Positions 38,057-47,521 of a stretch of 53,606 nucleotides of DNA are shown here, piece by piece (the stretch's first letter is position 1; every line of letters begins with the position of its first letter). The position numbers and the translations under genes are program-made. The stretch comes from a virus (lineage: Duplodnaviria > Caudoviricetes): IMG/VR virus record IMGVR_UViG_3300017971_002684, positions 1 to 53,606 of that record, one strand, 5' to 3'. The notes below the pieces were generated by a model that saw only the letters and a list, made by a program, of their open reading frames with translations, ran no database searches and was not told the origin of the DNA.

Positions 38057-39786
38057 GGCAACAAGAGGTCTATGAGTCCAGCTTGGAGAAGGTGTCACGC
38101 ATCCTCAGTGATCGCTATGACATCCGGGTGAGCCACCACGGAGACAAGTGCTACACGGACGGGCGCAACATTGTGCTGCCAGCCATCCCAGAGGACGCCC
38201 CAGAAGGGCTCCTGGAGGCAATGGAGGGCTACCTGGACCATGAGACAGGGCATGTCATCTTTGATGACTTTGAGGTCTTGAAGCAAGTGCTGGACCCTTT
38301 TACCCGCATGTGGACCAACGCTTTCTGTGACCCCCGCATCCGTCACCAGATGGAAGACAAGTGGAGGGGGTGTGGCAAGAACTTCCGTGCTGCCGCAGAT
38401 TTTACCTTTGAAAAGCGTGTGTTGCCCAAGTGGGAGGAGTCCAGCGATCTGATGAACTTGATCCGCACTTGCATCTACTACATGGAAGAGGAAGTGGAAA
38501 AGCTCAAGACCATCCCCAACTACAAGGAATGGTTGAGGAAGATCAAGCCCCTTCAGCCAGCTTTAAAGATGGCGCGGGAGGCTGGTGACACCCTTCATTC
38601 CCTTGCGCTGGCCTGCTGGGTTGTCCGCACAATGGGCAGAGAGCCAGAACTGGGAGAGATACCAGAGCCAGAACCGGGCTTCCTTGAGGAACTGTTCAAG
38701 AAGCTGGGAGCCATGCTCCCGCCTATGGGTAGCGGCAAGGAACTGGCTGAGGAGTTTGCTGGAGCCTCTCCAGAGGAAGCTGAAGAGGTAGCAAAGGAGT
38801 TGGAGAGCGCCACGGCAGAGGCTATCAGTGAAGAGTGCGGTGGGTTCACCCACCATGATGTGCGGGGCATGACGGACTACTATGTGCCCTACTCTACCAG
38901 CCACGATCAAGTTGAAGTGGTCCCGCCTGGAGACAAGAAGGTGTTTTTGAAGGATTTGGATGAGGTCCGCAAAAACAGTGGCGTGTTGACCCGGCACCTG
39001 CGGACCACCCTTGTTGCCCGTGCCCAGTCATGTTGGGAGTATGAGAAGAGTTCTGGTCAACTGAACCCACGCGCCTTTCCGCGCCTGCTCACCCAGGGAT
39101 ACGCCAAGGTGTTCAAGCAACGGTCTGTGGGGGAGGTTCTGCACGGGAGGGCGTGCCTTTTAGTGGACCAGAGTGGCTCCATGCGGTGGGGACGCAAGTA
39201 CAAAGAAGCCCGCAGGGCGTCAACCATGTTTGGTGAGTTTCTGGACAAACTAAACATCCCTTTTGAGATTCTGGGGTTCTCCACAGTCAGCTTTGATGAT
39301 GAGGAGGAGCGGTATGCCAACGCCTCTGAGGAGGACCAGCAGAGGTACACACGCTGGGGAGACATGCGGATTGATATCTACAAGCAATTCCATGAGTCTT
39401 TCCAAAAGGTTGGGCACCGGCTCTCTCACATGAACGCCTACTGCCACAACTATGACGGAGAGGCAGTCCGGCTGGCAGGCCAGAGGCTCTTGCTTGCGCG
39501 GCGTGACCCCAAGGAGCGGCTGATTCTGTTTGTGTTCAGTGATGGACGCCCAGAGCAGGCGGTCCCTGACTACCAGCCCCACCATCAACGCTACCTGCAC
39601 CGGGTCATTGAAGACCTGACACTGCGGGGAGTTGAAACCATTGGAATAGGGATTTGTGACTCCAGCGTTGAGAACTACTACCCCAGCAACATAGTGATCA
39701 CGGACCCGGCAGACCTGATGAGCGCCCAGTTCCTCAAATTGAAGGAGGTTCTGATGGCAGGAAGAGGGGGGAGGCGGCGGAGATAA
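38053..39786 (+). CDS. CobT-like vWA-domain protein
   Basis: N-terminal HETGH; MIDAS DQSGSM and FSDG; ATGA-coupled to the AAA gene. Confidence 0.85.
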   Translation: MRQQEVYESSLEKVSRILSDRYDIRVSHHGDKCYTDGRNIVLPAIPEDAPEGLLEAMEGYLDHETGHVIFDDFEVLKQVLDPFTRMWTNAFCDPRIRHQMEDKWRGCGKNFRAAADFTFEKRVLPKWEESSDLMNLIRTCIYYMEEEVEKLKTIPNYKEWLRKIKPLQPALKMAREAGDTLHSLALACWVVRTMGREPELGEIPEPEPGFLEELFKKLGAMLPPMGSGKELAEEFAGASPEEAEEVAKELESATAEAISEECGGFTHHDVRGMTDYYVPYSTSHDQVEVVPPGDKKVFLKDLDEVRKNSGVLTRHLRTTLVARAQSCWEYEKSSGQLNPRAFPRLLTQGYAKVFKQRSVGEVLHGRACLLVDQSGSMRWGRKYKEARRASTMFGEFLDKLNIPFEILGFSTVSFDDEEERYANASEEDQQRYTRWGDMRIDIYKQFHESFQKVGHRLSHMNAYCHNYDGEAVRLAGQRLLLARRDPKERLILFVFSDGRPEQAVPDYQPHHQRYLHRVIEDLTLRGVETIGIGICDSSVENYYPSNIVITDPADLMSAQFLKLKEVLMAGRGGRRRR

Positions 39787-39789
39787 CAC

Positions 39790-39818
39790 TTGACTCCCTG
39801 GGGTTCTTGGAGTAGAAT
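39790..39818 (+). promoter_or_regulatory. Sigma70-type promoter
   Basis: TTGACT-17 nt-TAGAAT. Confidence 0.7.
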
Positions 39819-39915
39819 AGGGGGGTCATTTGAAAGCAGGAATGACGCAGGAAAAACACAGGAAAAGTTTTTAGTTGGTGCCTACCCTTTTTGTTCAGGC
39901 ACCTGGAGGTGAAAG

Positions 39916-40614
39916 TTGCCTACCACACAAACCAAGACCACGGATCTATCCCAACCAACAAACATCACCCCAGAGGCAGCGTTCAAGCTGTTTGTGGACA
40001 AGTACGGCTTGTGGGTCAAGCGGCAAGCTGGCGTGGTGTCCCGCTCCCGTGGTGAGGACGCTGATGACGTTGAGCAAAAGCTACTCATGAAAGCATGGAA
40101 CGCTGCCCAAGACCCCAACTTTGACCCAGCCAAGGGCAAGACCCTCCTGGGGTGGATGTGGCAGAAAGTGCAGTTCTCCACAGCCAACCTTCTCCGGACC
40201 AAAGGACACTCTGAGCATGAGGTTGTGGGTGTCCAGGACCATGAGGAGATGGGAGCCTCCCTGGATGACCTTGACGGGCGGGCGTGCTGGGATCTGCTCT
40301 CCCCGTCCCGTTCTCTTTCCAGCAGACACCGGCGCCAGGAGGCTGTCAACCTGTTCCAGAAGGTGCTCCGGGTGGTGGACAAGCTGCCTGCCAAGTACCG
40401 TGCCATCATGCAGGAAATGCTGGAGCCATCTGATGCTTTCACAGAGCACATGGATGAGCGCATGGCTGATGGTGCCTACACCACGGCATGTTTTGAGATG
40501 TGTGGGCTCAGTGACCTGAAGGAGTTCACCGGCGCATCCAACTTTGACATCCGTGTTGCCATCCAACTTCTCCGGGACAAGATCCCAGAACTGCGGGAGT
40601 TTGTCAGCCGTTGA
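39916..40614 (+). CDS. Sigma-factor-like protein
   Basis: 'DADDVEQKLLMKAW...FDPAKG...W' resembles sigma region 2; 'VDKLPAKYRAI' resembles the region 4 start. GGAGG RBS with TTG start. Confidence 0.65.
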   Translation: MPTTQTKTTDLSQPTNITPEAAFKLFVDKYGLWVKRQAGVVSRSRGEDADDVEQKLLMKAWNAAQDPNFDPAKGKTLLGWMWQKVQFSTANLLRTKGHSEHEVVGVQDHEEMGASLDDLDGRACWDLLSPSRSLSSRHRRQEAVNLFQKVLRVVDKLPAKYRAIMQEMLEPSDAFTEHMDERMADGAYTTACFEMCGLSDLKEFTGASNFDIRVAIQLLRDKIPELREFVSR

Positions 40615-41222
40615 CCCTGAGACGCTACAAGTGCCAGTCATGTGAATTGCTCTTTGCTTCAGATGAGGTGCCGGAACTGTTCAGCACCAAGACCCATCTG
40701 TGCGCCCGGTGTCACTGGCTTCAACAAAATGACCTGCGGCGTGTGAGGTTGCCTGAGTGCTTTGGATTGAGCTATGATGGCATGGAGTTGCTTTGCACCC
40801 GCCGGTGCCTGGTCACAAAAGGCTGTTTGATTCAGTTCATAGACCAGAAAGCTGTGGGGTGGTCCCTGGACATTGACGCCCGCTACAACCGGCGCAAAAA
40901 GGCCACCCTGCAACAGCACGCAGTCTACATCCTCCGGGCGCTGGGGCGTCCCATCCATGTGCAAGACCTTGCCCCTCTCATTTACAAGGTGACTGGCGGC
41001 AAGTTTGCCTTTGGTGGTGAGACGCACTGGCGGCAGAGGCTTTCAGACCTGCTGCAAAGATGTTCTGATGTGGCACATTTGGGTGATAACTTCTTTGTGT
41101 GGGTGGCTCTTTGGGAACCCGGAAGGGACTCAGGGATGGTGGGCTACTCACAGAAAAAGCGGCGGGTTGCATTGACTCCAGTGGAGCAAATCTTTGAGGT
41201 TGAGGAACAAGAGGAGGTATAG
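40611..41222 (+). CDS. Cys-rich protein with possible winged-HTH
   Basis: CQSC and CARC; 'ILRALGRPIHVQDL' segment. Confidence 0.6.
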   Translation: MTLRRYKCQSCELLFASDEVPELFSTKTHLCARCHWLQQNDLRRVRLPECFGLSYDGMELLCTRRCLVTKGCLIQFIDQKAVGWSLDIDARYNRRKKATLQQHAVYILRALGRPIHVQDLAPLIYKVTGGKFAFGGETHWRQRLSDLLQRCSDVAHLGDNFFVWVALWEPGRDSGMVGYSQKKRRVALTPVEQIFEVEEQEEV

Positions 41223-41642
41223 ATGGCCTGGAAGGTGTATGACTACTATTGCCATGAATGTGGCACCAAAGAGGAGCGGCTGGTCAAGGCAAACTGCATA
41301 GATGAGGAGGTCTGTGAGTCCTGTGAGGGGCTTATGGATCGGCTCCCGTGTGCGCCCGTTGGGTGGATCAAAGACCCGGCACGGACAGCCATGCAGCTCA
41401 AGAAAAGATCCCATGACCAGACCCAGCGTTGTTTGCGGAAGGGTATCCCCTTGGATGACCCCTCTTCCCTTGCCAATGTGGACCCAGAGTGGCGCAACCG
41501 GACCCGTGCCAAAAACACCAGCCGGGATACAATCAACCAGCACCGCTACGATCATCTGGGCTGGGACCAGAAGCCCACGGCTGAATTCCATCTGGGGGGT
41601 GGTGACGATCTGACAGACGTGAATCTGAAGCCAAAAGAGTGA
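41223..41642 (+). CDS. FmdB-like zinc-ribbon protein
   Basis: YDYYCHECG...CESC..MDR; GGAGG RBS. Confidence 0.7.
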   Translation: MAWKVYDYYCHECGTKEERLVKANCIDEEVCESCEGLMDRLPCAPVGWIKDPARTAMQLKKRSHDQTQRCLRKGIPLDDPSSLANVDPEWRNRTRAKNTSRDTINQHRYDHLGWDQKPTAEFHLGGGDDLTDVNLKPKE

Positions 41643-41644
41643 GG

Positions 41645-41661
41645 CTATTAGGAACTAATAC
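41645..41661. promoter_or_regulatory. Palindromic motif copy (no upstream box)
   Basis: CTATTAG-GAA-CTAATAC. Confidence 0.8.
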
Positions 41662-41708
41662 CAAGGGGGCGCAGGAAAATCACAGGAAAAAAAGAAGGAG
41701 ACACAGGA

Positions 41709-42659
41709 ATGCAAGAAGCACAGCAAGATTTTGAGACAAAACAGATGACGCTCTTTGCTAAGGGCAACCGCAAGAGGGCTTGTTGGGAGGCTCTCCAGCG
41801 CATGACACAGCCCAGGGACGCCCGGACCCTGGCTGGCATTTTGGACGCCCCAGAGAGCGCCGTGGCAGCGTCCCTGGGCGATCTGTACCTGTCTTTCTAC
41901 ACGCAGGGCAACATCAAGCGTGAGAAGGGGAAAGACAAGCGGATGAACTACTGGCTGGAAGACAAGACCCAAGCCTACCCTGGGCTCATCCATGCCCGCC
42001 GGGGAGAAGTTGAGGAGAAGGTGATCCGGTGGCTGGCAGATCGCGCCAGAGAGGACGTTCAGATCGGAGCCCGCCGGTGGTGGGGCATGTGGCAGATTCA
42101 GGAAGCCATCAACAACAAGAACCACTTCTCTGGCACCCAGATCAAGAAGTGGCTGGCCTGCAAATATCTGGTCCGGCGTGAAGACAAGCTGGCGTTTGGG
42201 CGCAAAGGCCAGACCATCTGGGTCTACCGTTGGGGGAGGCGTAGGGATGACGCTGGACTGCCTGAGTCCACCACTATGGCGCAGCACGGCTTTGAAAAGG
42301 CCATTGCTGCCGTGAAGCCCACAGAGGAGCAGAAGGTGGTCCCTCTGGTTCAGCCGGACAAGCGTGAGGTTGCGTCCCGTCTGCTGGAGAACAAACTCCA
42401 GAACACGGAAGCCCAGGCAGCAGAGAAGGGCAAAGCCATCAACACCTTGCAGGACCAGCTTGCAACCAAGCGCATGGAGAACCTGGCTCTTGGGGAGGAC
42501 GTTGACCGGCTGGAGAAACTGGCAGAAGCCCAGGATGCGGTTGACCAACAGCAGGAGCAAATCCTCCAGTTGACGGAAGCAAACCAGGATGAGGAGCGGC
42601 GCAAAGCTGCCCTGCTCCAGAAACAGAAGGAGTTGAAGGAGAAGTTGGGGCTCCTCTAA
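41709..42659 (+). CDS. Hypothetical protein (possible HTH plus C-terminal coiled coil)
   Basis: 316 aa; N-terminal QMTLF. Confidence 0.7.
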   Translation: MQEAQQDFETKQMTLFAKGNRKRACWEALQRMTQPRDARTLAGILDAPESAVAASLGDLYLSFYTQGNIKREKGKDKRMNYWLEDKTQAYPGLIHARRGEVEEKVIRWLADRAREDVQIGARRWWGMWQIQEAINNKNHFSGTQIKKWLACKYLVRREDKLAFGRKGQTIWVYRWGRRRDDAGLPESTTMAQHGFEKAIAAVKPTEEQKVVPLVQPDKREVASRLLENKLQNTEAQAAEKGKAINTLQDQLATKRMENLALGEDVDRLEKLAEAQDAVDQQQEQILQLTEANQDEERRKAALLQKQKELKEKLGLL

Positions 42660-42708
42660 CCCCCCAGCACAGTTCTGTTCTGTTCACCCACCTATCAGGA
42701 GAGTTCCC

Positions 42709-42995
42709 ATGATCAAGCTAGTTGAACCCCGTGTGGAGTTGTTGACTCCACCCACTGAGATCGCGTCCTTATCCGCTTTCTTTCCTTGTGCCTGCTGAAG
42801 GAACTGCATACACTGGCTCCGTGCCTTTTTGATGACCTCTTGGAAGCCTTGGACAAACTGCGCCAGAATGGGGAGGGGGTTGCCACGGCATTCATGAAGT
42901 GGGTAGAGGAGCCGGTGGACCAACCCTTGACCCTCACGGAAGCTGCCCAGGACTCCCAAGGGTTTTTGTGTGGATACAAACCCCCAAAGGAGTAG
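42709..42995 (+). pseudogene. Possible thyX relic with large internal deletion and frameshift
   Basis: RBS plus MIKLVEPRVELLTP, then in another frame IRFLSLCLLKELHTLAPCLFDD; these resemble the ThyX N- and C-termini. Confidence 0.4.
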
Positions 42996-42999
42996 GAAC

Positions 43000-43704
43000 A
43001 TGGAAACATCTCTCCCCCCTTGTTGGATTGACCCACCGGATGGTCCGCCCCAGCGCATCATTGTTGAGGGGCTGATTGGAGCCGGGAAGACCAGCCTTTC
43101 CAAAGCCCTGTCTGTTTTGACTGGCTACCACCTCATGGAGGAGCCCGTTGAGGACAATGAACTGCTCCCCCTCTTCTATGAAGACCCGGAGCGGTGGGGT
43201 TTTGCTATGCAGGTGAAGATGCTCACAAGCCGTCTTGCAATGGAAAAGGCGGCAACCTACATGGTCCAGGCAGGGCTGGTCCAGGGAGCCATTGCAGACC
43301 GCTCTCTGGGGGGAGACACCGTGTTTCTGGAGGTCAACTCCATCATTGGCAACATCTGTCCCCAAGAGCGTGACCTGTACCTCAACCTCTATGAGCAGAT
43401 GAAGATCACATGCCCCTACCCGGACGTGGTGCTCTATCTGCGTGTATCACCAGACGTGATCCGGGAGCGCATCCGTGACCGTGGGCGTGAGTTTGAACTG
43501 CCTTTGACGGAAATGGAGAACAACTACCTGGAACTGCTGGAAGAGGCATACTCCCGCTTTTGCTCTGCCATGACCCGCCACACAACGGTTGTCATGCTGG
43601 ACTGGGATGAGTTTTTGCCAGTGGAGGACGTGTGGTGGCAGGTGCTTGAGCAGTGGGACCAGGAGAACCAGAACCGCCACCAAAAGCGGCTCATGCGCTG
43701 GTAG
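43000..43704 (+). CDS. Deoxynucleoside kinase (dNK family)
   Basis: EGLIGAGKT, EEPV, DRS and RIRDRGREFE motifs. Confidence 0.9.
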   Translation: METSLPPCWIDPPDGPPQRIIVEGLIGAGKTSLSKALSVLTGYHLMEEPVEDNELLPLFYEDPERWGFAMQVKMLTSRLAMEKAATYMVQAGLVQGAIADRSLGGDTVFLEVNSIIGNICPQERDLYLNLYEQMKITCPYPDVVLYLRVSPDVIRERIRDRGREFELPLTEMENNYLELLEEAYSRFCSAMTRHTTVVMLDWDEFLPVEDVWWQVLEQWDQENQNRHQKRLMRW

Positions 43705-44388
43705 GTGGCAAAGGAAAGAGCAGTGATCAAAAAAGGCTTCTTGTTTGAGATAGAGGGACCAGATGGTGTGGGGAAGACTACCCTGTTCCACCTGCTCCAA
43801 GAGCAAATTGACATGTGGCGCTACAAGTTTGAGAGCCACAACTCTGTGGGGGTAGTCCTGGACTCAGAGCCCACCTTTCTCCAGCGTGAGCTGTCCGCCA
43901 CGCCCAAAGAGAACTGGCTCCGCCACCTGTTCCTGTTTTGGCTCCAGCGGCGCATGGCGTTCAGCGGCAGGTGGGGAGAGATGTTGGACCGCAACAACAT
44001 CTTGCTGAAGGATCGCGGCGTGGTGTCATCCTGTGTCTACCAAGCCCTGTGTGGGGACATTGACCCCCTCTTGATTCTGGACGCCCACAGTGATGACATT
44101 GTGTTGCCTAACCTTTGCGTGCTCCTGCGTATCTCAGAGGAGACAGCCCAGCGCCGGTTGAAAGCACGGGGGAAGGTCCGCAACGGGAGTCTGGATGATT
44201 TTGACCGTGACGCCCGGTTCCAGGCACAGGTCCGGCAACTGTACCACAACATCATGGGCATTCCCCGGTTCCGCTCCTTTTGTGTGGAGGTGATGGCTGA
44301 GGACTCCCCCCAGGAGGTTTGTGATGCGGTTTGGGCAGTTGCGGAGCCACGCCTCAACAAGTGGCACAAAGACCTCTATGAAGAGTGA
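43705..44388 (+). CDS. tmk: Thymidylate kinase-like dNMP kinase
   Basis: EGPDGVGKTT, EP and DR...S..YQ motifs. Confidence 0.85.
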   Translation: MAKERAVIKKGFLFEIEGPDGVGKTTLFHLLQEQIDMWRYKFESHNSVGVVLDSEPTFLQRELSATPKENWLRHLFLFWLQRRMAFSGRWGEMLDRNNILLKDRGVVSSCVYQALCGDIDPLLILDAHSDDIVLPNLCVLLRISEETAQRRLKARGKVRNGSLDDFDRDARFQAQVRQLYHNIMGIPRFRSFCVEVMAEDSPQEVCDAVWAVAEPRLNKWHKDLYEE

Positions 44389-44411
44389 AAAATTCCCTCC
44401 CTGCCTACTAC
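44387..44411 (+). promoter_or_regulatory. Box + half-site element
   Basis: GAAAAAT-N11-CTACTAC. Confidence 0.6.
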
Positions 44412-44448
44412 ATTCCTATGAACAAGACAAGAACACGGAGGCAAGCAC

Positions 44449-45069
44449 ATGAAAGCTGAAGGATTGACCATCATCCTGGATGTGCAGGGAGAAGACATTG
44501 ACCTGAAAGCACAGCTTGATATCAATGAAGCCAACCTGATGGGGGAGTTGGCAAGCCAGCCCGCGTGGTACGCCTACTGGGCAAGCCTGCTGGCTCAAGC
44601 CAACCTGGACCTGGAGCATGAGAAGGGGGAGTTTGACAGCTTCAAGGCTGAGATTTCCGCAGAGATACGCAAGCGGCTGGTCCGTGATGAAAAGAAGGTC
44701 ACGGAGAAGATGGTGGAGACAGAGGTGTTCATGGACACCAGGATTGCTGCCAAGAAAGCCAAGTTGCTGGAGAAAAAACGGGCTGTGGCGTACCTGTCTG
44801 TGGCAGAGAAAGCCTTTTCCCAGCGCATGAAAGCCCTGGAGACAATGGGGTTTCTGGAGGGGCGCCAGAGGGACGCCTCCCGCACGCCGGGGCAGGAGAC
44901 AGCCACCGGGCGGAACAGTGTGCAGGCCACCAGCAGGCAGGAGTTGCAACGGGAACTTGACAACATGAGTAACGGCTCCAGCACGCCGGACAACCCGGAC
45001 CCGGAACTGGATTTTGTGACCGTTGATCCGGCTATCTGTCCCCATCCTGGGGGGCGCAAAAAAAAGTGA
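44449..45069 (+). CDS. UvsY-like recombination mediator candidate
   Basis: Helical protein with 'L.I.E.NL..E...QP..Y..W' and 'KVTEK.VE'; sits beside SSB and recA. Confidence 0.55.
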   Translation: MKAEGLTIILDVQGEDIDLKAQLDINEANLMGELASQPAWYAYWASLLAQANLDLEHEKGEFDSFKAEISAEIRKRLVRDEKKVTEKMVETEVFMDTRIAAKKAKLLEKKRAVAYLSVAEKAFSQRMKALETMGFLEGRQRDASRTPGQETATGRNSVQATSRQELQRELDNMSNGSSTPDNPDPELDFVTVDPAICPHPGGRKKK

Positions 45070-45078
45070 TCTTTTTGT

Positions 45079-45113
45079 GAAAAATTGCTCATCCCCATAC
45101 TAGATTCTAGTGA
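45079..45113 (+). promoter_or_regulatory. Box + palindrome element with symmetric substitutions
   Basis: GAAAAAT-N11-ATACTAG-ATT-CTAGTGA. Confidence 0.75.
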
Positions 45114-45125
45114 GCCAGGGGGGAT

Positions 45126-45170
45126 GCAGGAAAAACACAGGAAAAACCAAGGAAAAACAAAGGAGAAACC
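45126..45170 (+). repeat. 11-nt-period AGGAAAAAC leader repeat (x4)
   Basis: CAGGAAAAACA CAGGAAAAACC AAGGAAAAACA AAGGAGAAACC ATG. The first 20 nt also occur at 39847-39866 and, with one mismatch, at 41671-41690. Confidence 0.85.
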
Positions 45171-46364
45171 ATGAGTGAACATGACTTGGATTTTGTTGGT
45201 GTCAAGACTGAAGACGTTGCCCATTGGAAAAAACAGGAAAAGCCCAAAAAGAGCCAGAGCCCGGTGGCATGGATCACCCTGAAGGACGGTGATGAAATGC
45301 TCCTGCGGTTGCTGCCGCCCTGGACCTCTGAGGGTTATCACGCCCACAAGCCGCACCTGCGGACCTTCCAGCACTGGGATGTTGGTGCCAAGAAGGAACG
45401 GGTCATCTGCCCCCAGAAGGTGACAGATGACATGCCCATTGAGACGGTCCCTTGCTACATCTGTGAGCAGGTGGAAATGCTGTTCAAGACCGGCAATCCC
45501 CTGGATGAGCAGAAAGCCCGCCGGATGCGGGCAGGCCAGTCCTTCATCTACCAGTGCGTTGACCGGGATGACCCGGAGTGGACGGAGTATGATGATCAAG
45601 CCAAGGAAAAGCCGGAACTGGTAGGCACGCCCAAAATCAAGTTCCTCCGGTTGCCGTGGCAGGGACACAGCCAGATCCTTGACTTCTTTGCGGACCCGGA
45701 CTATGGGGAGATTTGCCACCCTCTGAACGGGCTGGACATCAAGGTGAGCCGCTCTGGTTCTGGGCTGGAAACAGAGTACAACATTCTGCCAAAGCGCCAC
45801 AATAGCCCCCTGCTTGCCCTTCCCAGTGGCGATCCTGACATCCCCGCCATCAAAGGCGTACTGGGCAAGATGGACCAGTTGGACGATCATCCCTTTTTCC
45901 GTTACAAGGACTATCAGCAGACCCGCGCCATCTACTTGGGCAAGACGGAAGAGGCGGGAGAGAGCACCGGGCAGGTCACTGGTGGGACCAGCCACCCTGC
46001 CCTTCCCCCGCACCAGCAAAGCGTTCCGTACAATGAATGGGTCCAAAAGGCGCAGGCTTCTGAACTGGAAGCCATGACCCATGAGCAGGTTGCAACCTGG
46101 GGCGGCTGGCAGGTAGAGCAGATCCCTGAGTGCTACGCAAAAGAGGTGAACCACACGGACTCTGGCTGCGCGGCTTGCCCCCTTCATGTTCCCTGTGCAG
46201 TGACCTACCACGCGGAGCACGGCAGCTACAGCATCAGTGCGGACCCGGTTGCCACGGGCGGGAAGCCCCTCCCCAAGATTGGTGGCAAGGCCAGCACCAA
46301 CGGTGAGGTTTCTGGTGGCGTGGCTGAGATGACCGCCATGCTGGACGCCAAAGCCAAAGAGTAA
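45171..46364 (+). CDS. gp32-like single-stranded DNA-binding protein
   Basis: LRLLPP, ICP...PCYIC Zn site, and G.DI...RSG.GLETEY motifs. Confidence 0.75.
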   Translation: MSEHDLDFVGVKTEDVAHWKKQEKPKKSQSPVAWITLKDGDEMLLRLLPPWTSEGYHAHKPHLRTFQHWDVGAKKERVICPQKVTDDMPIETVPCYICEQVEMLFKTGNPLDEQKARRMRAGQSFIYQCVDRDDPEWTEYDDQAKEKPELVGTPKIKFLRLPWQGHSQILDFFADPDYGEICHPLNGLDIKVSRSGSGLETEYNILPKRHNSPLLALPSGDPDIPAIKGVLGKMDQLDDHPFFRYKDYQQTRAIYLGKTEEAGESTGQVTGGTSHPALPPHQQSVPYNEWVQKAQASELEAMTHEQVATWGGWQVEQIPECYAKEVNHTDSGCAACPLHVPCAVTYHAEHGSYSISADPVATGGKPLPKIGGKASTNGEVSGGVAEMTAMLDAKAKE

Positions 46365-46406
46365 CCACCCCCTCTTCCTCCCAGCCCTTTTTCTCTCCCT
46401 TCCCAG

Positions 46407-46441
46407 AAAAAATTCCCCCTCTTTGTATTAGGTTCTAATAG
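46407..46441 (+). promoter_or_regulatory. Box + palindrome element upstream of recA
   Basis: AAAAAAT-N11-GTATTAG-GTT-CTAATAG. Confidence 0.85.
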
Positions 46442-46465
46442 ACACCAAGACACAGGAGTTGCGTG

Positions 46466-47521
46466 ATGACCAAGAAAAAAGATGAACCCAAAAAAGGACT
46501 GTCAACCCTTCCGCCGGAGGATGCGCCAAAGAAGCCCCTTTCTGAGAAGGACAAAGCCATCCAACTTGCGATCACTGCCGTTGAAAAGCAGTTTGGGCGC
46601 GGGACGATCATGGACATGGGCAAGACCACCCGTGAGGAGGTGCCGGTGATCCCCTCTGGTTCCTGGGGGTTGGACCGGGCGCTGGGCATTGGTGGCTACC
46701 CGCGTGGGCGCATGATAGAGGTTTTTGGACCGGAAGCCAGCGGCAAGACCACCCTCACCCTGCACATGATCGCAGAAGCCCAGAAGACCGGCGGGCGGGC
46801 TCTCTTTGTGGACGCAGAGCACGCTCTGGACCCGGACTATGCAGAGAATGTTGGCGTCCGCATGGATGAACTGCTTTTGACCCAGCCGGACTATGGAGAG
46901 CAGGCGTTGGAGATTGTGGACCTGATGGTCCGTTCTGGTGGCTTTGACATTGTGATTGTGGACTCTGTGGCGGCGCTGGTCCCCAAGGCGGAACTGGAGG
47001 GGGACATGGGGGACACCCATGTTGGATTGCAGGCGCGGATGATGAGTCAGGCCATGCGGAAGCTGGCGTCTGTGGCAAGCCAGCACAAGACTGCTATTGT
47101 CTTCATCAACCAGCTACGCAAGAAGATCGGAGTCATGTTTGGCAACCCGGAGACAACCACCGGCGGTGAGGCGCTCAAGTTCTACTCCTCTGTGAGGTTG
47201 GATATCCGCAAGATTGGAACCATCAAGCGGCGGGATGAGGTGATCGGATCGCAGGTGCGCGTGAAGGTGGTCAAAAACAAGCTGTTTCCACCGTTCAAGA
47301 CCGCAGAGTTTGACATCATCTGGGGCAAAGGGGTCAACCGGGTGGGGGAGGTTTTTGACCTGGCCTGCCAGTTTGACATCATTGAGAAAAGAGGCTCCCA
47401 CTACAAGTTTGGCACGGATGCGCTGGGGCAGGGCAGGGACAACGTGTGTGCCGCCTTGCAGGAGGAGCCTGACATGCTGGAGCAGATTGAGAAATCTGTC
47501 AAAGAGAAACTGGAGGAGTGA
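46466..47521 (+). CDS. recA: RecA recombinase
   Basis: [27 protein letters not shown] and [21 protein letters not shown] motifs. Confidence 0.98.
   Translation: MTKKKDEPKKGLSTLPPEDAPKKPLSEKDKAIQLAITAVEKQFGRGTIMDMGKTTREEVPVIPSGSWGLDRALGIGGYPRGRMIEVFGPEASGKTTLTLHMIAEAQKTGGRALFVDAEHALDPDYAENVGVRMDELLLTQPDYGEQALEIVDLMVRSGGFDIVIVDSVAALVPKAELEGDMGDTHVGLQARMMSQAMRKLASVASQHKTAIVFINQLRKKIGVMFGNPETTTGGEALKFYSSVRLDIRKIGTIKRRDEVIGSQVRVKVVKNKLFPPFKTAEFDIIWGKGVNRVGEVFDLACQFDIIEKRGSHYKFGTDALGQGRDNVCAALQEEPDMLEQIEKSVKEKLEE

Noticed and set aside
44595-46220. Long minus-strand ORFs (541 aa here; also 12311-13252, 21671-22684, 37037-37888)
   Set aside because: They are antisense shadows of well-supported + strand genes and have no recognisable motifs.
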